A stretch of 61,152 bases of DNA, taken from an uncultured virus (IMG/VR IMGVR_UViG_3300034118_000426) (Duplodnaviria > Heunggongvirae > Uroviricota > Caudoviricetes). The position numbers and the translations under genes were made by a program. The stretch lies in IMG/VR virus record IMGVR_UViG_3300034118_000426. One strand, 5' to 3'. The notes below the pieces were generated by a model that did no database searches, was not told where the DNA came from, and was given only the letters and a program-made list of their open reading frames with translations. Numbering within the stretch: position 1 is the first letter of the stretch; every line of letters begins with the position of its first letter. Shown piece after piece: positions 1 to 6,014 of the stretch.

Positions 1-1
1 T

Positions 2-1039
2 TTTGTATCCGCTGCTGGAAATTACGGTGATACCAGTGTGAGTTCTACGCACCCAGATTATAATAATTCGTTAGTTTATAATTACCAAAGTCAAAACAGC
101 ACCCAAGTCTATACTGGATTTATAGATTTTTATAAGAGAGGAACAGATCCCGCTGCTGTTCCAGCAGGAATAACCGTAGGAAATATAGATTCAGTTGCTG
201 CCCTAAAAATGAGCACAACATCACCAGATTCCGAACAAGTGTGGGTAGAATTCAAAGCAAACTCTTCATCCCATGGCAACACATGTGATGTGTGGGCAGC
301 AGGAACAAATATTCTGTCTTCAGTATACACATCACAAACACTGAAAGATCCAAGAAACAATTCGTTCTCTTTGAATGTGTTGAGTGGGACAAGCATGGCA
401 TCACCACAAGTAGCTGGTATGATTGCTTGTCTGGCAGAAAGATATCCAAGATTTAAACAATCAGACTTTCTAAATTTATTAAGATACTATGGTTATACAG
501 GACCAAATTATAATTATTCAAGAACGTTTCCTGGTTTCTATCACAAACATTATGTTACAAATACAGGGTCAACTTCGTATGAATTTACATCAAACGCAGA
601 TAGATTGTTTGGGAGAAATGGATCCAATCAAAACTTTGATGTGAGAGTTGGTGAGATCATGGAGTTTTCGGTAAACACTCCTGGTCAACCATTTTGGATT
701 AAAACATTACAAATTATTGGAACTGGTAACGTAGTGACAACTGGCATTACAAATAATGGAGCAACATCAGGCAGTATCATTTGGGACACCACTAACGTTG
801 CTCCTGGAACTTATTATTATATTTCACAAAACTCTTCTATCATGACAGGAACTATCACCCTAAGATATTCTCAGATTGATAGATCTTACACTGCGGTTGA
901 TGCTAGAACTCAACCATATGTTTTATTCCCAAAAACACTAAGAAAAACTACAGGTTACGTTACTCCAGATGCTACGGCAACACCAAGACCTTCATCTGGG
1001 TTGACATTTCCACGAAGAATAATTTATCAATCAAAATAA
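2..1039 (+). CDS. Subtilisin-like (S8) serine peptidase, 5'-truncated by the window; probably a virion protein
   Basis: Frame is open from base 2 (FVSAAGNYG, oxyanion motif). Also has DVWAAGTNILS and the catalytic SGTSMASPQVAG. Confidence 0.85.
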   Translation, partial: FVSAAGNYGDTSVSSTHPDYNNSLVYNYQSQNSTQVYTGFIDFYKRGTDPAAVPAGITVGNIDSVAALKMSTTSPDSEQVWVEFKANSSSHGNTCDVWAAGTNILSSVYTSQTLKDPRNNSFSLNVLSGTSMASPQVAGMIACLAERYPRFKQSDFLNLLRYYGYTGPNYNYSRTFPGFYHKHYVTNTGSTSYEFTSNADRLFGRNGSNQNFDVRVGEIMEFSVNTPGQPFWIKTLQIIGTGNVVTTGITNNGATSGSIIWDTTNVAPGTYYYISQNSSIMTGTITLRYSQIDRSYTAVDARTQPYVLFPKTLRKTTGYVTPDATATPRPSSGLTFPRRIIYQSK

Positions 1040-1042
1040 TAA

Positions 1043-1648
1043 TTAGTTGAATGATATATTAAAAGATATTGCGATTTTTTCTTCTTCCGATCCTCTTCTA
1101 GGATTTCCATGTAATAAATCACTATTCCAAATCAATAATGTTCCAGGAAAACATTTATAAGTTGTCTGTGAACAAGAAATTCTAGTGGGACTATTTGCTT
1201 TATAAATATTGCTAATCAATTTTTGTGTATTGTAAAATATTATAGAATCTTCTTGACTTGTTTTTACATAAAAAACTCCAGATAACATAGATCCTGAATG
1301 TGTGTGTGGAAATAGGAAACTTTCTTTTTCACATACATTACACCACATATCAATACTTAATTTTGTATCATCATTGATATTATATCCTTGAGCACCAAGC
1401 ATTATTAAAGAATAATGGTTTATATATTCTCCCAAAGAATCAAATGGATATGTATTTAATTTTTTAAATGAAGTATGAGTTGAATCAACGTAGAGAATAT
1501 TGTTTTTAAATGAATATTCTTCAACTTCTTTTTTACAAGATGTTTCCAAATCTGCCAAAAGATGATTACAGCAATCATCAACTATCAATATTGGACAAGG
1601 AAACAACTCATCTATGACATAATTTTGATTAACATATGAGTCTGACAT
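1043..1648 (-). CDS. 2OG-Fe(II) oxygenase (TIGR02466-like)
   Basis: HTHSGSMLSGVFY ... LLHG ... KIAISFN; family is common in cyanophages. Confidence 0.85.
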   Translation of the reverse strand: MSDSYVNQNYVIDELFPCPILIVDDCCNHLLADLETSCKKEVEEYSFKNNILYVDSTHTSFKKLNTYPFDSLGEYINHYSLIMLGAQGYNINDDTKLSIDMWCNVCEKESFLFPHTHSGSMLSGVFYVKTSQEDSIIFYNTQKLISNIYKANSPTRISCSQTTYKCFPGTLLIWNSDLLHGNPRRGSEEEKIAISFNISFN

Positions 1649-1649
1649 T

Positions 1650-1681
1650 AAAAAAAAGATGTAAGCAATTGCTTACATCTT
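1650..1681 (-). terminator. Intrinsic terminator after the hli cluster
   Basis: Palindrome AAGATGTAAGC-AATT-GCTTACATCTT followed by a U-run on the minus strand. Confidence 0.7.
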
Positions 1682-1709
1682 ATCAAAGATATTTTATTTT
1701 GTCAAGTTA

Positions 1710-1829
1710 TCACCAAATGCCAGGAATAATCTGACCAGTAGTAGCGTATGTTCCAACAGCAATGACGAAACCGAGCATTGCCAGACGAGCGTTGAGGATC
1801 TCTGCCTCAGGGGTGAATCCGAATTTCAT
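1710..1829 (-). CDS. hli: High-light inducible protein (39 aa, not in ORF track)
   Basis: MKFGFTPEAEILNARLAMLGFVIAVGTYATTGQIIPGIW; ExxNxRxAMxG motif; AGGAG RBS. Confidence 0.95.
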   Translation of the reverse strand: MKFGFTPEAEILNARLAMLGFVIAVGTYATTGQIIPGIW

Positions 1830-1840
1830 AGTAGTTCTCC

Positions 1841-1927
1841 TTAATAAGTTTCAGCGAGTTGTTCTACAGCATAGCACAGGGTTACGAAAAAAGCAACCGC
1901 AGTAAAAGTAAAGATTACTTCAGTCAT
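1841..1927 (-). CDS. 28-aa single-TM peptide between the two hli genes
   Basis: MTEVIFTFTAVAFFVTLCYAVEQLAETY; start overlaps the stop of the upstream hli (TGATG). Confidence 0.7.
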   Translation of the reverse strand: MTEVIFTFTAVAFFVTLCYAVEQLAETY

Positions 1928-2130
1928 CAGAAGACTCCGAAGAAGAGTTTACCAGTGAGAGCATAAGAAATAGCACCAGCAATAATACCGACCATTGCCC
2001 AGCGTCCATTGTACATCTCCGTAGTTTGCATAGGAGTCAGAAGACCCTTGCGATTGTATTCTTGGTAAACCATAGTGGGCTCCTTTGCCCACATGTTCTG
2101 TTGACCACGATCATTCGTTGTTACAGTCAT
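1927..2130 (-). CDS. hli: High-light inducible protein
   Basis: QQNMWAKEP ... EMYNGRWAMVG. Confidence 0.93.
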   Translation of the reverse strand: MTVTTNDRGQQNMWAKEPTMVYQEYNRKGLLTPMQTTEMYNGRWAMVGIIAGAISYALTGKLFFGVF

Positions 2131-2157
2131 GTTACATTCTGTTGTAAATCTTTACAT

Positions 2158-2186
2158 AGTATATAGCATCCCAGCGCCCCTGTCAA
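2158..2186 (-). promoter_or_regulatory. Sigma70-type promoter of the hli cluster
   Basis: TTGACA-N17-TATACT. Confidence 0.75.
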
Positions 2187-2255
2187 GCCCCCGTTTGTCA
2201 GCAAATCTTAATAAGTATATTGACTCATCTAAATAGCTCGTTATACTACATGTGT

Positions 2256-2381
2256 ATGAGATACATTCACATCTGCCTTTTACTTTGGAATGGAAAAACT
2301 GAATGGAGGGTGATACCTTGGGGCAAAAAGCACCTTGATTTTCACAGACAACATGGCGACATAATAATGTATAGAGAGTAA
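2256..2381 (+). CDS. Hypothetical 41-aa protein
   Basis: MRYIHICLLLWNGKTEWRVIPWG...; follows TTGACT-N16-TATACT at 2220-2247. Confidence 0.5.
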   Translation: MRYIHICLLLWNGKTEWRVIPWGKKHLDFHRQHGDIIMYRE

Positions 2382-2385
2382 CCAT

Positions 2386-2598
2386 ATGTATAACCTATCA
2401 AGCAGAGATGTCAATCGAATTATCACAGCATGTAAGCACTATGCCTATCACGAAACTGGTAGCGAATGGATGCATGATGAATATCTAAAAATCATTGAGA
2501 AACTTTGTGTTTACTTAGATCAAAACTTTGACGCAGAGACACAAAAACCACTTGAGTGTTACATCCATGTAAAGAAAAATGACTCACATAATAGTTGA
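2386..2598 (+). CDS. Hypothetical protein
   Basis: ORF track; part of a tightly packed plus-strand operon. Confidence 0.7.
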   Translation: MYNLSSRDVNRIITACKHYAYHETGSEWMHDEYLKIIEKLCVYLDQNFDAETQKPLECYIHVKKNDSHNS

Positions 2599-2722
2599 AA
2601 TCTTAAATAACCCTATCAGTTTGGGCATCCTATGCTTTGCCCTTGTTATGTTTCCCATTATTGGTATCGCTAAAATTCATGACACAAGTAACCAAAGAAG
2701 AAGTGAAGGAGATGATAGATGA
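2579..2722 (+). CDS. Small membrane protein (47 aa)
   Basis: MTHIIVEILNNPISLGILCFALVMFPIIGIAKIH...; hydrophobic helix. Confidence 0.6.
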   Translation: MTHIIVEILNNPISLGILCFALVMFPIIGIAKIHDTSNQRRSEGDDR

Positions 2723-2867
2723 TGCAATACGACAACATAATCGTAATGCTTCAATTATCTCAATGTGTGTTGGCTGGGTTGTTTTGTCTCTTTTTGCTGA
2801 AGGTTTGCTTCGACTTATTGGAGTAATTCCCCCACTACTACCATGGCTCAACATTACCCTGAAATAA
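2679..2867 (+). CDS. Small membrane protein
   Basis: MTQVTKEEVKEMIDDAIRQHNRNASIISMCVGWVVL...; internal ATG is the likely start. Confidence 0.7.
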   Translation: MTQVTKEEVKEMIDDAIRQHNRNASIISMCVGWVVLSLFAEGLLRLIGVIPPLLPWLNITLK

Positions 2868-3022
2868 TAGGAATAGCATCCCTTCTAGTGTTTGCTGCCA
2901 CCATGTTCTATCAAGGAACATGTATTATGAAAGGGCAGCGTGGTTATTCTTTGAGAGATTATCTCAAGCAAGATAGCACAAACATGCGTAAAAGAGTAGA
3001 AGAATTATTAAAAGACAAATGA
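2843..3022 (+). CDS. Small membrane protein (59 aa)
   Basis: MAQHYPEIIGIASLLVFAATMFYQG...; overlaps both neighbours. Confidence 0.65.
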   Translation: MAQHYPEIIGIASLLVFAATMFYQGTCIMKGQRGYSLRDYLKQDSTNMRKRVEELLKDK

Positions 3023-3129
3023 TTGTTTTAACGGAAGAAGATTTACAAGAACTAAGAGAAAGAGTTTACCAACAAAAGATGGATGAGTTATTTGAAGAAC
3101 CATCTACTTACGAGGATGAACATGAGTAA
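3019..3129 (+). CDS. Hypothetical acidic 36-aa protein
   Basis: MIVLTEEDLQELRERVYQQKMDELFEEPSTYEDEHE; ATGA coupling. Confidence 0.6.
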   Translation: MIVLTEEDLQELRERVYQQKMDELFEEPSTYEDEHE

Positions 3130-3247
3130 CTTACCTTGGGGAGTTATCACTATTCTTGGTATCGGATTAGCAGGCACTGTTTATATCATCTATTACATTC
3201 TCAAACTAGCAAACGAGGAAATGAAAGATGAATCACATAAGCACTAG
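3122..3247 (+). CDS. Small membrane protein (41 aa)
   Basis: MSNLPWGVITILGIGLAGTVYIIYYILKLA...; GAGG RBS. Confidence 0.65.
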   Translation: MSNLPWGVITILGIGLAGTVYIIYYILKLANEEMKDESHKH

Positions 3248-3461
3248 TCCATATGATTGGAGAGAGAAGAATGACAAGTGGCAAAAAAGACATTTCCTTT
3301 TGTCGTCTTTTGTTAGATTAGGTCTGCCAATCAAAGCAAATGTTTATGAGTTCATAGATTATCTTATTAGTCAAGGATACAAAGCTCCCTTGAATAGTTT
3401 AACTGATGTAGATAAAGATATCAAAAAAATGTATCACGAGTATGTCGAGCACCAATTATGA
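3228..3461 (+). CDS. Hypothetical protein
   Basis: ORF track; operon context. Confidence 0.7.
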   Translation: MNHISTSPYDWREKNDKWQKRHFLLSSFVRLGLPIKANVYEFIDYLISQGYKAPLNSLTDVDKDIKKMYHEYVEHQL

Positions 3462-3547
3462 CTCGTTTAATTCTTAGTAGTATTTGTTTGTTTGGTTCTA
3501 TTGGTCTTTTTATTGTTTGGGGATTGACTCACGCATATCCCTCTTGA
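3458..3547 (+). CDS. 29-aa single-TM peptide
   Basis: MTRLILSSICLFGSIGLFIVWGLTHAYPS; ATGA coupling. Confidence 0.6.
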   Translation: MTRLILSSICLFGSIGLFIVWGLTHAYPS

Positions 3548-3572
3548 CAAATTTACATATATATCTTATAAT
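3544..3572 (+). promoter_or_regulatory. Consensus sigma70 (early) promoter
   Basis: TTGACA-N17-TATAAT. Confidence 0.8.
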
Positions 3573-3595
3573 TAGCCACATATATCTGTTTTGTC

Positions 3596-3796
3596 ATGAC
3601 ACACTACAAACCATATTCACCCGAGTGGCACCGTAAACGCTATCTAAAAGAAGCGTTAGACAAATATCTGGATGAATACATTGACAATGATGTAATCCTT
3701 GATGATATTTCTGATATTCTATCCGAAAGGTCTGAGCGAGCATACGAAGAGTTCAGTAGAATCAATGATTTGGAATCAATGATTAATGCTAAATAA
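3596..3796 (+). CDS. Cyanophage-type hypothetical protein
   Basis: YKPYSPEWHRKRYLKEALDKYLD. Confidence 0.75.
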   Translation: MTHYKPYSPEWHRKRYLKEALDKYLDEYIDNDVILDDISDILSERSERAYEEFSRINDLESMINAK

Positions 3797-3815
3797 CCCT
3801 ATATGGAGACTACAT

Positions 3816-4142
3816 ATGCTCTCTACACAATATCGTCTACGCTTAGAAGAAATCTGCAGAAAGATTATCTTACACGAAGCGGTAGGTTTAGAAGATATGA
3901 TTTGGGCAGAAAAACTAGCTAAAGCAAATCGCACTGCTGGCACAATGCTTCGTCAAGCAAGACGGAAGGCAGAAAATCCAGACATGCAAGATGGTGACAT
4001 GGATGATTTTCTAAATCAACTTGATATCGGTGGATTGGGTAACGAAAGATTTGGTGTCAGAAGATTTGATTCTGTAGATGACATCGTTGATTTCTTCTCT
4101 GAAGGTAGAGACAAACCAGAAGACTGGAGACAAAGAGATTAA
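3816..4142 (+). CDS. Cyanophage-type hypothetical protein
   Basis: MLSTQYRLRLEEIC...DWRQRD; GGAG RBS before the ATG at 3816. Confidence 0.8.
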   Translation: MLSTQYRLRLEEICRKIILHEAVGLEDMIWAEKLAKANRTAGTMLRQARRKAENPDMQDGDMDDFLNQLDIGGLGNERFGVRRFDSVDDIVDFFSEGRDKPEDWRQRD

Positions 4143-4168
4143 AAAAAGGGGGCATATGCCCCCTTTAA
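4141..4168. terminator. Bidirectional terminator between convergent operons
   Basis: AAAAAAAGGGGGCATATGCCCCCTTT. Confidence 0.8.
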
Positions 4169-4170
4169 AA

Positions 4171-4257
4171 TTATCCAAGAGTTGCCATATGATATTGAGC
4201 TTCTTGAAGTTTTCTTTGCTTTTCAATTTGTTTGCGAATAACTAGTAACCAATTCAT
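4171..4257 (-). CDS. 28-aa basic peptide co-transcribed with the DUF4278-like gene
   Basis: MNWLLVIRKQIEKQRKLQEAQYHMATLG; AGGAGG RBS; ATGA overlap. Confidence 0.75.
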   Translation of the reverse strand: MNWLLVIRKQIEKQRKLQEAQYHMATLG

Positions 4258-4415
4258 TGTGTTACCTCCTTGTTATTATTACAAGGGCGATACTCAACAC
4301 CACGATATTTATTGGTTGGGTGAGCTGGTGCGTGAGTTTGCAAATACCAGCGTTGATATTCTTGCTTGGCGGTATCAGTATTATACTGACAACCACGATA
4401 AGTTGCTTGTGACAT
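4254..4415 (-). CDS. DUF4278-like protein (53 aa; related to the IF17/GifB N-terminal repeat)
   Basis: MSQATYRGCQYNTD...KYRGVEY; two YRGxxY motifs; AAGGAG RBS. Confidence 0.8.
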   Translation of the reverse strand: MSQATYRGCQYNTDTAKQEYQRWYLQTHAPAHPTNKYRGVEYRPCNNNKEVTQ

Positions 4416-4445
4416 TAGGTTTTCTCCTTAATGGTTTAGGTTAAA

Positions 4446-4529
4446 GAGCGTTCCTTCGGTCGTTTGCGTTCGCTATAGCGAATGAACGTTCCGTTCCGCG
4501 ACTTACTTCCGTCCCATAGGGATGAACGT
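4446..4529 (-). ncRNA. Tandem glnA-type (glutamine-I) riboswitch
   Basis: Two units, CGUUCAUCCCUAUGGGACGGAAGUAAGUCGCGGAACG and CGUUCAUUCGCUAUAGCGAACGCAAACGACCGAAGGAACG, directly 5' of a DUF4278-like gene, a known context for this motif. Confidence 0.8.
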
Positions 4530-4552
4530 ATTTTATATATGATATTGAGATT

Positions 4553-4566
4553 GTAACATTCAATAC
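4553..4566. promoter_or_regulatory. Putative NtcA box
   Basis: GTA-acattcaa-TAC (GTA-N8-TAC) overlapping a TTGAAT -35-like hexamer upstream of the riboswitch. Confidence 0.55.
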
Positions 4567-4570
4567 CAAA

Positions 4571-4645
4571 CACTCTCTGTAGGATTCGAACCTACGACAC
4601 CTTGATCCGTAGTCAAGTGCTCTATATCCACTGAGCTAAGAGAGT
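4571..4645 (-). tRNA. tRNA-Arg(ACG)
   Basis: Cloverleaf; anticodon arm CTTGA-CTACGGA-TCAAG. Confidence 0.92.
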
Positions 4646-4648
4646 AGG

Positions 4649-4720
4649 CGAAGGGCCAGAGACTTGAACTCTGAACTTTGGTTTTGGAGACCAAGATGTT
4701 ACCAATTACACCAACCCAAC
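4649..4720 (-). tRNA. tRNA-Trp(CCA), two U-U mismatches in the acceptor stem
   Basis: TTGGT-CTCCAAA-ACCAA; acceptor GTTGGGT/GCCCTTC. Confidence 0.8.
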
Positions 4721-4723
4721 ACA

Positions 4724-4795
4724 TTCTGAGGGTAGGATTCGAACCCACGAATGGCGGGACCAAAACCCGCTGCCTTACCGCTTGGCGACCTCAGA
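4724..4795 (-). tRNA. tRNA-Gln(TTG)
   Basis: GCGGG-TTTTGGT-CCCGC. Confidence 0.92.
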
Positions 4796-4867
4796 AGCCC
4801 TCAGTCGGATTTGAACCAACGACCTACTCATTACTAGTGAGTTGCTCTACCACTGAGCTATAGGGGC
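4796..4867 (-). tRNA. tRNA-Thr(AGT)
   Basis: ACTCA-CTAGTAA-TGAGT; GCC 5' end typical of Thr. Confidence 0.88.
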
Positions 4868-4869
4868 GG

Positions 4870-4940
4870 GGTGTCGTGAGGGAATCGAACCCTCATGTAG
4901 AGAACCACAATCTCCTGTCTTACCATTAGACTAACGACAC
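4870..4940 (-). tRNA. tRNA-His(GTG)
   Basis: GGAGA-TTGTGGT-TCTCT; C73; no encoded G-1. Confidence 0.88.
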
Positions 4941-4941
4941 A

Positions 4942-5015
4942 AGGCAGTAGGTAGATTTGAACTACCGACCATAGGAATATGAGACCCGTGCTCTGCCAGA
5001 CTGAGCTATACTGCC
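4942..5015 (-). tRNA. tRNA-CAT (elongator Met or Ile2), weak anticodon stem
   Basis: Good acceptor, D and T arms; anticodon arm CGGGT-CTCATAT-TCCTA. Confidence 0.75.
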
Positions 5016-5019
5016 AAGT

Positions 5020-5109
5020 TGGGAGAGGGTGGAATCGAACCACCATTGCCAATGAACGGAATCGAACCGTCTCTGATACCGTCGTACCCACCATCCAAGG
5101 TGCTCTCCC
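5020..5109 (-). ncRNA. tRNA-like RNA with two T-arms and no anticodon loop
   Basis: Acceptor GGGAGAG/CTCTCCC+A; T-loops GACGG-TTCGATT-CCGTT and GGTGG-TTCGATT-CCACC. Confidence 0.7.
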
Positions 5110-5112
5110 AAG

Positions 5113-5184
5113 TGGAACCGACAAGATTTGAACTTGTGACCGCTCGGTTATCAGCCGAGTGCTCTACCACTGAGCTACGGTTCC
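5113..5184 (-). tRNA. tRNA-Ile(GAT)
   Basis: CTCGG-CTGATAA-CCGAG. Confidence 0.93.
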
Positions 5185-5188
5185 AAGG

Positions 5189-5261
5189 TCGAAGAGGGTG
5201 GAGTTGAACCACCGACACCATGTTCTTCAGACATGTGCTCTACCAACTGAGCTACTCCCCG
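5189..5261 (-). tRNA. tRNA-Phe(GAA)
   Basis: CATGT-CTGAAGA-ACATG. Confidence 0.9.
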
Positions 5262-5264
5262 AGA

Positions 5265-5338
5265 TAGTCCCAACGGGATTCGAACCCGTGTCTACACTGT
5301 GAAAGAGTGTTGTCCTAGGCCGACTAGACGATGGGACC
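5265..5338 (-). tRNA. tRNA-Glu(TTC)
   Basis: ACACT-CTTTCAC-AGTGT. Confidence 0.92.
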
Positions 5339-5341
5339 AGA

Positions 5342-5434
5342 TGGGAGGGGTATCCCACACGAAGTTGCTTACGGATTACGCTTCGTAGCCTTATGAATCC
5401 TGCCATCATCCGATGGTGGTTAGAAATCCCTCCC
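5342..5434 (-). ncRNA. Unnamed structured RNA with an acceptor-like closing stem
   Basis: GGGAGGG/CCCTCCC+A; internal CCATC/GATGG, GGATT/AATCC and ACGAAG/CTTCGT pairings. Confidence 0.6.
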
Positions 5435-5437
5435 CAA

Positions 5438-5516
5438 TTCCAGTTGTTGCTACAACATTTCTCTACACACTGGCAAACTCTAAGAAATGCGTGAGAGTTA
5501 GAATACTGACTCTCAA
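5438..5516 (-). ncRNA. Unnamed structured spacer RNA
   Basis: TGAGAGT/ACTCTCA hairpin, CATTTCT/AGAAATG stem and crossing CCAGT/ACTGG pairing. Confidence 0.45.
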
Positions 5517-5590
5517 CGACCCATACGGGATTCGAACCCGTGATCTCCACCGTGACAGGGTGGCGTCATAGACCGCTAGACTAATGGGTC
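5517..5590 (-). tRNA. tRNA-Asp(GTC)
   Basis: CCACC-CTGTCAC-GGTGG. Confidence 0.93.
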
Positions 5591-5594
5591 AAGG

Positions 5595-5685
5595 TGAGAG
5601 AGGAGGGAATTGAACCCCCGATGGTTCTTATGTAACGGTTTTACAGACCGCAGCCACACGTATTGCCAACAGTAGCCACTCTCTC
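5595..5685 (-). tRNA. tRNA-Tyr(GTA), enlarged D-loop
   Basis: GCGGT-CTGTAAA-ACCGT; long variable region. Confidence 0.85.
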
Positions 5686-5688
5686 ATA

Positions 5689-5760
5689 TGGGTCTGGCGG
5701 GATTCGAACCCACAACTTGCTGGTTAAAAGCCAGTTACTCTACCGTTGAGTTACAGACCC
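5689..5760 (-). tRNA. tRNA-Lys(TTT)
   Basis: CTGG-CTTTTAA-CCAG. Confidence 0.92.
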
Positions 5761-5765
5761 AAGAG

Positions 5766-5836
5766 TTAAATTGTCAAGGTGCTGGTGGGTCTCCCACCGA
5801 TGTATCTACAATAAAATAGGGGGGCGGTTTTGTCAA
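5766..5836 (-). promoter_or_regulatory. tRNA-operon promoter with boxB/boxA-like leader
   Basis: TTGACA-N17-TATTGT, then hairpin GGTGGG-AGA-CCCACC, then GCACCTTGACAA. Confidence 0.6.
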
Positions 5837-5876
5837 CTGCCCCCCTGATAAATCTTGCTTATGTGTCAGATGTCGG

Positions 5877-5978
5877 TCATCGTTTCCACTTATGAGCAAG
5901 CACGGGGGCCTGAGCAATATGCCAATAACGGCAATCGCTTTCCATAAAAATCTCAATTTGCTTGCTGAAGTTAGTCAT
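5877..5978 (-). CDS. 33-aa peptide upstream of the tRNA operon (possible leader peptide)
   Basis: MTNFSKQIEIFMESDCRYWHIAQAPVLAHKWKR; downstream of late promoter TATAAATA (5999-6006) and AAAGG. Confidence 0.5.
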   Translation of the reverse strand: MTNFSKQIEIFMESDCRYWHIAQAPVLAHKWKR

Positions 5979-6014
5979 GATGTTCGACCTTTAGTGTTTA
6001 TTTATAAGAGTTTA

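Noticed and set aside
4232..4444. 70-aa plus-strand ORF
   Set aside because: The real genes are the two minus-strand peptides, which have RBSs and a riboswitch
4560..5550. ORFs listed over the tRNA array
   Set aside because: They translate tRNA sequence (GSNP-type peptides from T-loops) and are not proteins
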